A DNA stretch of 64,000 nucleotides from positions 36,873-100,872 of the forward strand of contig JBIKVS010000001.1 in the NCBI GenBank assembly GCA_044356725.1, given 5' to 3'. Source of the DNA: Minisyncoccia bacterium. GTDB taxonomy: Bacteria; Patescibacteriota; Minisyncoccia; SW-4-49-11. Positions 29,506 through 40,456 of this stretch are shown piece by piece; within the stretch, counting starts at the first letter, position 1, and the number at the start of each line of letters is the position of its first letter. Under the pieces are notes generated by a model. That model did no database searches. It was not told where the DNA came from and saw only the letters and a program-made list of their open reading frames with translations. The position numbers and the translations under genes were made by a program.

Positions 29506-32481
29506 ATGTATAATCATAGAGTTATTGAGCAAAAATGGATTCAGAAATGGGCTGAAGGATTTGTAGATTATAGTGTTGCAGATAGTTCTGATAAAGAATC
29601 TAAATATATTCTAGTAGAATTTCCTTTTCCTTCAGGGGCAGGCCTACATGTAGGACATATCAGAAGTTATGTCGCTCAGGATATAAAGGCAAGAATGTAT
29701 AGAATGCAGGGAAAACAAGTTTTATATCCCATAGGTTGGGATGCTTTTGGTTTACCAACAGAAAACTATGCTATCCAAAATAATATATCCCCAGCTATAG
29801 CTACAGCTGAAAATATAAAAAATTTTAAAAAACAATTAGCAGGTTTAGGCTTGTCTTTTGATTGGAGTCGTGAAATAAACACTACTGATCCTAAATACTA
29901 TAAATGGACTCAGTGGATTTGGTTGCAAATGTTTAAGGCAGGACTTGCTTATCAAGATACCACTCAAGTTTGGTGGTGTGAGGAGTTAAAAACTGTCTTA
30001 GCTAATGAAGAGGTGATTGATGGTAAATCAGAAAGAGGAGGACATCCTTGTATCAGAGTTCCACTTCGGCAATGGATGTTAGCCATTACTAAATATGCAG
30101 ATAGATTAGATAAGGATTTAGAAACAGTAGATTATTTACCAGTTATCAAAACACAACAGAGAAATTGGATAGGACGTAGTGAGGGAGTTGAGTTGAAATT
30201 TCAAGTGCAAGATATAGATTATGATATAGAAGTATTTACCACTAGAATAGATACTATCTTTGGAGTGACATTTTTAGTACTAGCGCCAGAACATCCACTT
30301 TTAGATAAAATTATAACAGTAGAATATAAGAATCAAGTTAACGAGTATCAAGAGCAAACAAAATCTAAAAGTGATTTAGATCGACAACAAAGTAAAGAGA
30401 AAACAGGGGTATTTACTGGAGCTTATGCTATACATCCAATTACAGAAGAACTAATCCCTATTTGGATAGCTGATTATGTATTGGGAAGTTATGGTACTGG
30501 GGCTGTAATGGCAGTACCCGCTCATGATGAGAGAGACAGAGAGTTTGCTAAAGAGTTTGGATTACCTATTAAACAGGTCATTGCTCAATATACTACTCTT
30601 ACAGGGCCAGATGCTCCAAAGAGTGATGAAAATATTGTGGAGTTTAATTCAGTTACCGTAATTGTTAAACATTGGGAAGAAGAGTTATATTATGTAATAC
30701 AATTTAATGATGGACGAAATGGTTTTGTCGGGGGACATATTCAGAAGGAAGAGACTCTAGAAGCAGCAGCAATACGAGAAGTAATAGAAGAGTCTGGATA
30801 TAAAGACATTAAGAGTATCGATCGAATTATAGATCATGTATATAGTCGTGGTTATAAACATCGTAAATTGAGAGAAGAATTATGTCATGATTCTCTATTT
30901 GTAGTAACATTAGGTAGTGACAAACAATTAGAGGTGATTGATGAGGAGACACAAAAAGGTCGTTGGGTGACTGCAGAAGAAATTACTAAATCAAGATTAG
31001 TAGATGATATCTATCTATTTCAAACCTTTTTTGAATATTATCTTAATCAAAAACCATTTACAGGATATGGAAAAATTGTAAATTCAGGTCAATTCGATGG
31101 ACTATTTTCACAAGAAGCTAAAGAAGCTATTATTACGGTATTAGAAGAGAAACATATAGGACAGAAAAAAGTTCAATATAAACTTCGTGACTGGGTTTTC
31201 TCCAGACAAAGATATTGGGGGGAGCCATTTCCTATTGTTTGGATAAGTGAAGAGCATTATAAAAAAATATCAGGAGAGATTGCTAGATTTTTACCTGGCC
31301 AAGCAGTAACTAGAGAAATAGATGGTGTATTGCAGTATGCCACCCCACTTGCAATAACAGATTTACCATTAGAATTACCAGAAGTAGATTCTTATGTCCC
31401 TCAAGGTTTAGGAGAAGGTCCATTAGCTCAGGCTAAGGATTGGGTAGAGGTTTGGTACAATATTTATACAGGACAAACTATATCCAGACAAAACCCTAAG
31501 CCAGATAGTAATTGGGTAGAAGCTGTACGAGAAACTGATACAATGCCTAATTGGGCAGGAAGCTCTTGGTATTATCTAAGGTATATTGATCCTAATAATG
31601 ATGAGAAATTAGCCGACCCAGAATTATTGAGGCAGTGGCTACCAGTAGACTTATATAATGGAGGCATGGAACAGGTCACAGTACATTTATTATATTCCAG
31701 ATTTTGGCATAAATTTTTGTATGATATTGGAGTAGTGTCTACTATAGAACCATATCAGACTAGAATTAAGCACGGTATGATTTTAGCTGAAGGTGGTGTG
31801 AAAATGTCCAAGTCTAAAGGGAATACTGTTGACCCGATTGAAATGGTAGAATCATTTGGGGCAGATTCTCTGAGAGTTTATGAAATGTTTATGGGACCTT
31901 ACGACGAAGCTATCTCTTGGGACACTAAAGGATTGATTGGATGTAGTAGATTTTTAAAAAGAGTCTATCAATGGGTAAGTGATATCAAAGAGCAAAAATT
32001 ACAACCCAATAATGATAAGGCTAATCTAGACTATGAGACACATTCCTTAATCAAGAAAATTACTCAAGATATAGATAATCAGAAATATAATACTTGTATT
32101 AGTAGTTTGATGGAATATCTGAATCTATATAATAAGCAAGATATAGGTATAGATAACATAAAAATATATATCCAATTATTAGCTCCATTTGCCCCACATT
32201 TAACAGAAGAATTATGGGAAATAGTAGGGGAGACGAACACAGTTCATCTATCCAAATGGCTAATTTATGATGATACTAAATTAGTTCAAAACCAGTTAGA
32301 TTATCAAATCCATATAAATGGTAAAATGAGAGATATAATAACAGTCTCACAACAATCCACCGAGGACGAAATACAAATTCAAGCCCTCAGTTCAGACAAA
32401 GTTAAACATATCCTGTCAGATAATACTCCCAAAAAAATCATAGTCAACCAAGACAAAAAAATAGTGATAATAATTGTATAA
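29506..32481 (+). CDS. leuS: leucine--tRNA ligase with inserted Nudix domain
   Basis: FPFPSGAGLHVGH, GTGAVMAVPAHD, RDWVFSRQRYWG, KMSKS; Nudix box near 30730-30800. Confidence 0.97.
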   Translation: MYNHRVIEQKWIQKWAEGFVDYSVADSSDKESKYILVEFPFPSGAGLHVGHIRSYVAQDIKARMYRMQGKQVLYPIGWDAFGLPTENYAIQNNISPAIATAENIKNFKKQLAGLGLSFDWSREINTTDPKYYKWTQWIWLQMFKAGLAYQDTTQVWWCEELKTVLANEEVIDGKSERGGHPCIRVPLRQWMLAITKYADRLDKDLETVDYLPVIKTQQRNWIGRSEGVELKFQVQDIDYDIEVFTTRIDTIFGVTFLVLAPEHPLLDKIITVEYKNQVNEYQEQTKSKSDLDRQQSKEKTGVFTGAYAIHPITEELIPIWIADYVLGSYGTGAVMAVPAHDERDREFAKEFGLPIKQVIAQYTTLTGPDAPKSDENIVEFNSVTVIVKHWEEELYYVIQFNDGRNGFVGGHIQKEETLEAAAIREVIEESGYKDIKSIDRIIDHVYSRGYKHRKLREELCHDSLFVVTLGSDKQLEVIDEETQKGRWVTAEEITKSRLVDDIYLFQTFFEYYLNQKPFTGYGKIVNSGQFDGLFSQEAKEAIITVLEEKHIGQKKVQYKLRDWVFSRQRYWGEPFPIVWISEEHYKKISGEIARFLPGQAVTREIDGVLQYATPLAITDLPLELPEVDSYVPQGLGEGPLAQAKDWVEVWYNIYTGQTISRQNPKPDSNWVEAVRETDTMPNWAGSSWYYLRYIDPNNDEKLADPELLRQWLPVDLYNGGMEQVTVHLLYSRFWHKFLYDIGVVSTIEPYQTRIKHGMILAEGGVKMSKSKGNTVDPIEMVESFGADSLRVYEMFMGPYDEAISWDTKGLIGCSRFLKRVYQWVSDIKEQKLQPNNDKANLDYETHSLIKKITQDIDNQKYNTCISSLMEYLNLYNKQDIGIDNIKIYIQLLAPFAPHLTEELWEIVGETNTVHLSKWLIYDDTKLVQNQLDYQIHINGKMRDIITVSQQSTEDEIQIQALSSDKVKHILSDNTPKKIIVNQDKKIVIIIV

Positions 32482-32483
32482 AT

Positions 32484-34109
32484 TTAAACCTCACTCTTAT
32501 ATCCCTTACGGATATATTCTAGTACCATTCTTTGGGTATTATAATAGCTTCCAATTAGAGAGATAGCTGACCTTTGCATTTTGCTAAATTTATCTCTATC
32601 ATTATAAAATATATCAATAGCATTGTTAATATTATCATACATACTATTAATCTCTTGATACTCATCACTTCCAGAGATTGTCCATCCATTGACATTATGT
32701 ATTCCACTTTCTGGCCACCAACCATCATAAGTTGAAATATTCAAAACTCCATTTAAGGAGGCTTTCATCCCACTTGTTCCAGAGGCTTCATAGCATATTC
32801 TTGGGGTATTCAGCCACACATCAACCCCGCTAACTAATAGTTTTGACATTTCCATACTATAATTTGGTAAATAAATAATTTTCAGATATTCATTATTATA
32901 CTCTTTGGCAATAGATAATATTCTTTTAATGATGTCTGCCCCTACTAAGTCTGTATGATAAGCTTTCCCTGCAAAAATAATATTAATACCTTTATACTTT
33001 TCAGCTAATCCTAGCAATCTTTCAATATCTGAAAAAATTAAATGGGCTCTTTTATATTCAGTTGCTCTTCTAGCAAACCCAATAGTAAATGCATTGGGTA
33101 GAAAATCTATATTTGGCTGTTGTCTTAAATAATTAGCTAAGTTGTCTTTATTAATTTGATGAGCTTGCTTTATCTCTTCAGCTGGAATTCCTTCCACATA
33201 TCTTAATATTTCGGGATGCATTTGCCAATTGGGGAAATATGATTGTAAAACTTGATTGATTGAACTCGAAACCCAAGTAGGGCTATGGATTCCATTGGTA
33301 ACATAGTCGATTGTATGTTCGGGGAACATAGCAGATGAGACTTCTTGATGTTTAGATGATACGGCATTAGAGTAATCAGCTAATGCAAGAGCTAATCTAG
33401 TTAGATTAATTGTATCTTCAGCTTCAAAGGCTTCCTTGGGTATATTTTGTAATTGCTCTGGCTTGCATATATTTGTGAGCCAGTCCATTGGTAGTCTAGT
33501 ATGTCCTCCAATCAGAGGGGTGTGGGTGGTAAAGACAACTTGTGCTGTTGGATGATTGATTTCTAAAGCAATCAAAGCACTATGACTTTCATTTAGATGG
33601 AAAGTATTAATTTCATGGCACCCAAGGCTATTGAGAGCATATTTACTACCAAGCCCCAAGACTAATAATTGCCTTCTGAAGATTTCTGAATCGGGAGAAT
33701 AAACTTTATCTGATACAGCTCTGAATTCGGCTGAGTTATCTTCTAAGTCTGTGTCTAAGAGAAGAATTGAAACTGTTTTATTAGATAAGGGAGAGGTATA
33801 TATGTATTCCCAGATATTGACCTTAACTATTTCATTGGCAAGTGGTATGGTGGTTTTACCAATTAAATTTAGGACTTTAGTATAATCCCATTCTTGTGGA
33901 TGAGCGATTTGGCCATCTAGTTCATCAAGAGTTTGGTCTAGATATCCATGTTTATATAAGATACCTACTCCTACTACAGGTAATCCAAGGTCAGCAAAGC
34001 TTTTGATTGTATCTCCAGCTAGTATACCAAGTCCTCCGGTATATATTTTTATGTCATCAGATAGCCCAAATTCCATACAAATATAGGCAGTTTTTGGTGT
34101 GTAATTCAT
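32484..34109 (-). CDS. glgP: alpha-glucan phosphorylase (short form)
   Basis: GGLGILAGD, HLNESH, FTTHTP, ARRATEYKR, EASGTSGMKA. Confidence 0.93.
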   Translation of the reverse strand: MNYTPKTAYICMEFGLSDDIKIYTGGLGILAGDTIKSFADLGLPVVGVGILYKHGYLDQTLDELDGQIAHPQEWDYTKVLNLIGKTTIPLANEIVKVNIWEYIYTSPLSNKTVSILLLDTDLEDNSAEFRAVSDKVYSPDSEIFRRQLLVLGLGSKYALNSLGCHEINTFHLNESHSALIALEINHPTAQVVFTTHTPLIGGHTRLPMDWLTNICKPEQLQNIPKEAFEAEDTINLTRLALALADYSNAVSSKHQEVSSAMFPEHTIDYVTNGIHSPTWVSSSINQVLQSYFPNWQMHPEILRYVEGIPAEEIKQAHQINKDNLANYLRQQPNIDFLPNAFTIGFARRATEYKRAHLIFSDIERLLGLAEKYKGINIIFAGKAYHTDLVGADIIKRILSIAKEYNNEYLKIIYLPNYSMEMSKLLVSGVDVWLNTPRICYEASGTSGMKASLNGVLNISTYDGWWPESGIHNVNGWTISGSDEYQEINSMYDNINNAIDIFYNDRDKFSKMQRSAISLIGSYYNTQRMVLEYIRKGYKSEV

Positions 34110-34162
34110 TTTTATTAATCTTTATATGATATTTATTTATTATAACATATAATTTGAAAAAT

Positions 34163-34191
34163 AAAAAATCCCCAATTTTGGGGAGTCTTTT
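34163..34191 (-). terminator. terminator downstream of rpmA
   Basis: TCCCCAA/TTGGGGA stem followed by a T run on the minus strand. Confidence 0.65.
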
Positions 34192-34214
34192 ATCGAAGTG
34201 TAAATATATTATAT

Positions 34215-34487
34215 TTATACTACAGAAACAGTCTTCACTACTTTTCTCTTTCCAGTAAAAGATGTCTTCTTAGTGTCTTTGAAGGCAATCACTCCATTAG
34301 CTATAGAATACAAAGTATCATCAGCTCCTCTAGCTACATTTATCCCAGGATGAAACTTAGTTCCTCTTTGTCGGATAATAATTTGTCCTTTCTCTACTTT
34401 TTGTCCAGCATATAATTTAACCCCAAGGTATTTTGGGTCTGAATCTCGTCCTAATGCTGTAGAACCACCAGCTTTTCTATGTGCCAT
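34215..34487 (-). CDS. rpmA: 50S ribosomal protein L27
   Basis: [20 protein letters not shown]; start set at MAH. Confidence 0.97.
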   Translation of the reverse strand: MAHRKAGGSTALGRDSDPKYLGVKLYAGQKVEKGQIIIRQRGTKFHPGINVARGADDTLYSIANGVIAFKDTKKTSFTGKRKVVKTVSVV

Positions 34488-34524
34488 ATCGAATAATATT
34501 ACTATATATGATATAATAATACAT

Positions 34525-34917
34525 ATGAAACATAAATTTGTCAAGAAGATTGAAGGGTTTTTACTAATTATGTCATCTATATTAATAGGTGGTAGTGCTT
34601 ATCTTATTGGAAATATGAATGCTCTTGAGTCTAATCTAAGTGAAATTCAGATAGTTTATCCAGATGCTATTGCTATTAATGAAGATGTGCAGATTGAGGA
34701 AATTAAGTCAGAACAAAGCACAACTAAACCTGTTGATAATACTGCCTCTACTGTAGCAACAGGCAAAATAGTAGCTAGTAAAAATGGCAAAAGATATTAT
34801 TATCCAAATTGTGGTGGGATTAATAGAATTAAACCAGAAAATCGTATATACTTTGATACAAAGGAGCAGGCAGAAGCTAAGGGATTGACTCTTGCGTCAG
34901 GATGTAAAGCATTATGA
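34525..34917 (+). CDS. membrane-anchored protein with Ada-like metal-binding C-terminus
   Basis: TM; [14 protein letters not shown]...IKPENRIYF...AEAKG...C. Confidence 0.7.
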   Translation: MKHKFVKKIEGFLLIMSSILIGGSAYLIGNMNALESNLSEIQIVYPDAIAINEDVQIEEIKSEQSTTKPVDNTASTVATGKIVASKNGKRYYYPNCGGINRIKPENRIYFDTKEQAEAKGLTLASGCKAL

Positions 34918-35738
34918 GAAAAACTTATATTCCAAAAACATATCATAGAAATAAGCAAGCAAGTACTAGGTCGAAATCTAGGAATTTAATTATAGGTTTA
35001 TTAAAGTTTATAATGTTAATCTTGATACTCGGTGGGATTGGATACTTATTATATTCACCAGTTTTGAATATAATTCGTGTTGAAGCGAAGCTAGAAGAGG
35101 AGTTATTAAAGGATGAAATTATATCTAGAACACAAGATTTGGTAGAAGATAAAACATATTGGTGGTATAATAATCAGAATATACTGCTACTAAGAGCTGA
35201 GAGATTAGAAAAAGATTTATTAGAAAAGTTCCCTCAAATTAAAAAGGTTTCAATTAAAAGAAATTTATTGGATAGAGTTATAAACTTAGATATTATACTT
35301 AGAACGCCTATGTTTTATAGTTGTTTTGATGAAATATGCTATAATATTAGTGAAGATGGCTTCAATATGGGAGTTAAACAGAGTTTAGATACAAATCTAG
35401 TTGATATAAAAGGTTTGTCTACAAAGCCAGTTGGAAAAATGTTACTCTCAGAAAGGGAAGTTAGGTGGATTCAAAATATTATAGAAGAATACAATAAAAT
35501 AGATAATATTAAAGTTACTGCTATTGATATTCAGCAAAAATCTGAAGACAGTATAGTTAGTGTTTTTGTCTATACAGAAAAGGGATATTATATTATGCTA
35601 GATTTAGATACAGATATAATTTATCAGGCACAGGTGTTAAAACAAGTATTTATTTCTCAACTATCTTTAGATCAGCAAAATTCATTAGAATATATTGATT
35701 TGAGAATCAAAGATAGAGCTTATTATAAATTCAAGTAA
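34914..35738 (+). CDS. FtsQ/DivIB-like protein
   Basis: TM, POTRA-like FPQIKKVSIKR, C-terminal YIDLR. Confidence 0.7.
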   Translation: MRKTYIPKTYHRNKQASTRSKSRNLIIGLLKFIMLILILGGIGYLLYSPVLNIIRVEAKLEEELLKDEIISRTQDLVEDKTYWWYNNQNILLLRAERLEKDLLEKFPQIKKVSIKRNLLDRVINLDIILRTPMFYSCFDEICYNISEDGFNMGVKQSLDTNLVDIKGLSTKPVGKMLLSEREVRWIQNIIEEYNKIDNIKVTAIDIQQKSEDSIVSVFVYTEKGYYIMLDLDTDIIYQAQVLKQVFISQLSLDQQNSLEYIDLRIKDRAYYKFK

Positions 35739-35741
35739 TCT

Positions 35742-37532
35742 ATGTTAAATAAATTATTACAATTATATAATAAAACTCCATTATGGGTCTTTACTTTGGG
35801 TTTAACTTTAATCTTAGGAGTTTTGGCTTTTGGATCTAGTACGGGAGATTCTTTGACTGTAGATGAAAGTCCTCATATTGCTGCTGGGTATTCTTATGTG
35901 GTTGAAGGAGATTATCGCTTAAACCCAGAACATCCACCTCTTTTAAAGTTATTGTCAGGAATATCTATATGGGTAGGAGATAAACTAAATTCACAGAATA
36001 TACTTTTCCCTAATAATATACCTGCCTGGACTGAAGAGGTTAATGCTCAATGGGATATGGGATATGCTCTTTTATTCCAATCTGGAAATGATGCTGATAC
36101 CATAATTTGGTGGGCTAGATTGCCTACAATTATAATCTTATTATTGGGAGTGATATATATTGCTTACTCAGTAAATTATCATACAAAAAGTAAAAGTATT
36201 GCTATTATCAGTAGTGTTTTGTATGCTTTTTCGCCAAATGTGATTGCTCATGGCAGATTAGTGACTACGGATTTAATCGCGAGCCTAACCTTTTTAGTAG
36301 TGATAGATTTTTGGATTAGATATTTGAAAATGCCTAGTTGGCGACATATTATGTATGTAACTTTAGCTTTAGGAGTAGCCTTTTTATCGAAATTCTCAAC
36401 AATATTATTAATCCCATTGATAATATTGACTGGGTTTGGTTATATATTAATTAAATATTGGAAAGATAAAAATTTGGTTCACAAAAATATCATTTTAATA
36501 AGAGATTTTATACTTATTGGCCTTGGGGTTTTTATAATAATAAATTTAGTTTATTTTATTACAATGCGTAATATGCCTCTAGACACTCAGCTTAGATTGG
36601 TACAGGAATCTTTTCCACAAGATAATCAGATCTCTGACTTAACTAAACAAGGTTTATCTAGTATTATACAAGCACCAGGACTTCAATACTTTGGGCAATA
36701 TCTTTTAGGACAAGCTATGGTGATTCAGAGAGTAGGAGGGGGAAACACAACCTTTTTGTTAGGTAAATTTACAAATCAAAGTTTTATAGAGTATTTCCCG
36801 CTCACATACTTGCTAAAAGAGAATTTATCAGTTATTTTGATTTTATCTGCTATATTATTTGCTTCAATATTTAGTTTAGTTAATTTATTGAAATCAAAAA
36901 ACTTAGATATTAAATCTAAAATATTAAGCAATTGGTATATTATTACAATTATCGGTATGATAGCAATATACTGGATAATTAGTATTCGAGGGAATCTAAA
37001 CCTAGGAATTAGACATATTTTACCAGCTGTTATTCTGACCTATATTATTATTGCTTTTGGAATTGTGAAATTATTAATTCCTCTAAAATTTTCAAAGGCT
37101 ATACTAAGTTTGTTTTTAGGTTGGTATATTCTGGCAACAATTTTGACATATCCAAACTATATTTCGAACTTAAATATATTAGCAGGACAAAATCAAGGTT
37201 ATCAAATTTTCACAGATTCTAACTTAGATTGGGGACAAGATTTAAAAAGACTTAATAATTGGACTAAACAGAAAAATATTGATACACTGTATATAGATTA
37301 TTTTGGTACTGCAGATGTCAATTATTATTTGCCTGATACCAACATAATATCCGTTAAATCAACTGATGGTCCGCAAATTGGGTATACTGCAATTAGTGCC
37401 ACAATGTTCCAAGATTCTTTCTATAATAGAAAAAACAATCCGAACTACCAAGAATATTGGTGGTTAAAATGGAGAAGTCCAGACTATATTATAGGGAATT
37501 CTATTCTAATTTATTATAATGACAAATATTAA
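35742..37532 (+). CDS. GT-C (ArnT/PMT-like) membrane glycosyltransferase
   Basis: TVDE, NPEHPPLLK, many TMs, DSNLDWGQD. Confidence 0.82.
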   Translation: MLNKLLQLYNKTPLWVFTLGLTLILGVLAFGSSTGDSLTVDESPHIAAGYSYVVEGDYRLNPEHPPLLKLLSGISIWVGDKLNSQNILFPNNIPAWTEEVNAQWDMGYALLFQSGNDADTIIWWARLPTIIILLLGVIYIAYSVNYHTKSKSIAIISSVLYAFSPNVIAHGRLVTTDLIASLTFLVVIDFWIRYLKMPSWRHIMYVTLALGVAFLSKFSTILLIPLIILTGFGYILIKYWKDKNLVHKNIILIRDFILIGLGVFIIINLVYFITMRNMPLDTQLRLVQESFPQDNQISDLTKQGLSSIIQAPGLQYFGQYLLGQAMVIQRVGGGNTTFLLGKFTNQSFIEYFPLTYLLKENLSVILILSAILFASIFSLVNLLKSKNLDIKSKILSNWYIITIIGMIAIYWIISIRGNLNLGIRHILPAVILTYIIIAFGIVKLLIPLKFSKAILSLFLGWYILATILTYPNYISNLNILAGQNQGYQIFTDSNLDWGQDLKRLNNWTKQKNIDTLYIDYFGTADVNYYLPDTNIISVKSTDGPQIGYTAISATMFQDSFYNRKNNPNYQEYWWLKWRSPDYIIGNSILIYYNDKY

Positions 37533-37540
37533 ACAAATTT

Positions 37541-38005
37541 ATGCCAGAAATACCTAATAATACTGAAAATAATACTATTGAACAAAATCAACCCTCCATA
37601 GAGAGGAAGTTTGAGAATCTAAATACAATAGAATCTACTCAATCTGAATCTCAGATGCAGGTTTCTCAACCAGAAGTAGAACCTCCTGTGATGTATGAAG
37701 CTGAGCAACATATAAAGCAAGTTGTAGAAACTCAGAGACAAATATATCAATCTAATCCAACCACTAAACCATTATCTGCTAAAGTACAAGAGAAATATAG
37801 TTGGTTACTCAGTATTCCAGAAGAAAATAGAGTTGAGGTATCTGTGAAATTAATTACTACTAAGGGAAAAGATATCTTAGAAGTAATTCATGCCTTTTTA
37901 GAGATTGAGGATTATGTTGCTCTAGATAGGCTAGAGGAGAGTCTCAATGCAATTTACCCTACTCTAGTAAGTGAGGGTTTGCTTCCAGATGTACACGATA
38001 AATAA
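37541..38005 (+). CDS. hypothetical acidic protein
   Basis: 154 aa ORF directly upstream of the ATPase gene. Confidence 0.65.
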   Translation: MPEIPNNTENNTIEQNQPSIERKFENLNTIESTQSESQMQVSQPEVEPPVMYEAEQHIKQVVETQRQIYQSNPTTKPLSAKVQEKYSWLLSIPEENRVEVSVKLITTKGKDILEVIHAFLEIEDYVALDRLEESLNAIYPTLVSEGLLPDVHDK

Positions 38006-38013
38006 AATTTATT

Positions 38014-40437
38014 ATGCTTACAGTTCTATATATAATTCTAATCATTTGGGCAGTAGCTATGATATATCTAATTACTAATTTGATTGCTCAGCCCTTTTGG
38101 GAAAAAAGAAGAGTAAATAGAGGTCTATCAATGACACAATATCAGATTATTGTTCCTCGTAATATACCTAAGCCTGAGTCTAATATCAAAGATTTGATTA
38201 GTATAATGGAACAAGTTTATGCTAGTTTTTCTTATCTTAAGTTAGAAGATTTTATAAATAGAATTCGTTATGGTAATCCATATATATCGCTTGAAATAGT
38301 GAGTCCTACTGAGAGAGATGAAATTAACTTTTATATTGGAGTCCCAAAGGGTTATGAGTCAATTTTTGAGAAACAAATTCATGGAGTGTATCCTGAAGCC
38401 GAACTAAAAAAAATTACCGATTACAATGTACTTGTTCCAGGAGCAGAGATTCGAGCAGGTTATCTTAAGTTAAAAAAACCTTATATTTTGCCAGTTAGAA
38501 CTTATAAGGAATTAGAAGCCAATCCTTTGAATGTTATTACCTCAGCTTTATCTAAAATTCAGGAAGATGAAAGTGCTGTAGTACAAATTTTGATTCAAAG
38601 AATATCTGACAATTGGATTGATAATGGTCAGAAGGTAGTGAAGAAAATGCAAAAAGGGGAGTCTTTCAAAGACGCTTACTCTGATGTCTTTGGAAGTTTA
38701 GATAGACAGTTTGTAAAAGCTTTAGGGCAAGTTACAAAATCCAAAAACTCTTTAGAAAATGAGCCTAAAATGCTATTACCTCAAGAGTCAGTGATGTTAG
38801 AAAAAATTAGTCAAAAGACCTCTAAAGTAGCTTATTCTACCAACATAAGATTATTAACTATATCTAAAGACAAACAAAGAGCAGATATGTTATTTGATCA
38901 GCTAGAAGGAGCTTTTGCTCAATTTGCCAACGGAGATTTGAATGAATTTAAGGTTATAAAATATCCAATTTATAATGTCAAACAATTCATTTATACATTT
39001 ATATTTAGATTATTCTCTGGTAAGGAGGCTATGATTTTGAATACCGAAGAATTAACTAGTATCTATCATATACCAGCCGTTGGAGTGGAGACACCTAAAG
39101 TTACTTGGATTACTTCCAAAACCTCACACCCTCCAGTAGATTTACCTCATACGGGATTACTGATTGGTAAAAATGTATATCGAGGAGAAGAAGTTGAAAT
39201 TAAAATTCAAGATGAGGATCGAAGAAGACATATGTATCTGATTGGACAGACCGGAACAGGTAAGAGTTCCTTGATGAAAAAAATGATTCAAGAAGATTTA
39301 GAGGCAGGACATGGGCTGGCTTTGCTTGATCCAAATGGAGATTTTGCAGTAGAAGTGTTGGGTATGATACCTCCGCATCGTATGGAGGATGTTATTTACT
39401 TTAATCCAGCTGACACTCAATATCCTATGGGACTTAATATTCTGGAAGCTCGTACTCATGAAGAAAAAGATTTCCTGATCCAAGAGATGATTTCTATATT
39501 TTATAAATTAGTCTCTGACCCTAGTATGATAGGTCCAATTTTTGAGCATAATATGCGAATGGCAATGGCAGCATTAATGTCTGATGTTAATAATCCTAGA
39601 ACTTTGGTAGAAATTCCTCTAATGTTTACAGACGAAGCCTTTAGAAGAGAAGTATTATTAACTGTAGACGATCCAGTGATTAGGCATTTTTGGGAAAAAG
39701 AATTCCCAGCCACTCAAAAAGGTTCACAAGCAGGGGACACTTTAGGGTATCTTTTGAGTAAATTAGGTAGATTTATAGAAAATGAAATGGTCCGAAACAT
39801 AATTGGACAATCAAGGTCTGCTTTTGATTTCCAAGATATTATGAATTCAGGTAAAATTTTGATTGGTAATTTATCCAAAGGAGGATTAGGAGAGCAAAAC
39901 AGTAATCTATTAGGTATGTTATTAGTATCCAAATTGCAAATGGCGGCTTTTAAGCGAAATGAAATTCCAGAAGATCAAAGACGAGATTTTTATCTTTATC
40001 TAGATGAGTTCCAAAACTTTACTACAGATAGCATCTCTACAATATTATCTGAAGCTCGTAAATATAGATTATGTCTAATTCTAGCTCATCAATACATAGG
40101 ACAATTATCTGATGGAATTCGAAATGCAGTTTTTGGCAATGTTGGGACTGTGGTAAGCTTCAGGATTAGCTCAGATGACGCTGAAATTATAGCTCAGAGA
40201 ATGCAACCATATTACACGGCTGAGGATTTAGTATTAATAGATAATCTAAAAGCAGTTATTACGTTGATGATTAATGGTAAGACTAGTAAAGCCTTTAATA
40301 TGGAAGTCATCTTTGCCAATAGATCAGATTTATCTCTGCAACAAACAGTAATAATGCAATCAAGACAAAAATATGCAAAACCAGTAGCTGAAATTAGGGC
40401 AGATATTGAGAGTCGTACCCATAGTATGTTACAATAA
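38014..40437 (+). CDS. VirD4/TraG/HerA-like P-loop ATPase with N-terminal TM
   Basis: DRRRHMYLIGQTGTGKS, DPNGD, YLDEFQNF, SEARKY, AHQY. Confidence 0.85.
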   Translation: MLTVLYIILIIWAVAMIYLITNLIAQPFWEKRRVNRGLSMTQYQIIVPRNIPKPESNIKDLISIMEQVYASFSYLKLEDFINRIRYGNPYISLEIVSPTERDEINFYIGVPKGYESIFEKQIHGVYPEAELKKITDYNVLVPGAEIRAGYLKLKKPYILPVRTYKELEANPLNVITSALSKIQEDESAVVQILIQRISDNWIDNGQKVVKKMQKGESFKDAYSDVFGSLDRQFVKALGQVTKSKNSLENEPKMLLPQESVMLEKISQKTSKVAYSTNIRLLTISKDKQRADMLFDQLEGAFAQFANGDLNEFKVIKYPIYNVKQFIYTFIFRLFSGKEAMILNTEELTSIYHIPAVGVETPKVTWITSKTSHPPVDLPHTGLLIGKNVYRGEEVEIKIQDEDRRRHMYLIGQTGTGKSSLMKKMIQEDLEAGHGLALLDPNGDFAVEVLGMIPPHRMEDVIYFNPADTQYPMGLNILEARTHEEKDFLIQEMISIFYKLVSDPSMIGPIFEHNMRMAMAALMSDVNNPRTLVEIPLMFTDEAFRREVLLTVDDPVIRHFWEKEFPATQKGSQAGDTLGYLLSKLGRFIENEMVRNIIGQSRSAFDFQDIMNSGKILIGNLSKGGLGEQNSNLLGMLLVSKLQMAAFKRNEIPEDQRRDFYLYLDEFQNFTTDSISTILSEARKYRLCLILAHQYIGQLSDGIRNAVFGNVGTVVSFRISSDDAEIIAQRMQPYYTAEDLVLIDNLKAVITLMINGKTSKAFNMEVIFANRSDLSLQQTVIMQSRQKYAKPVAEIRADIESRTHSMLQ

Positions 40438-40456
40438 AATCTATTAAATAATATAT

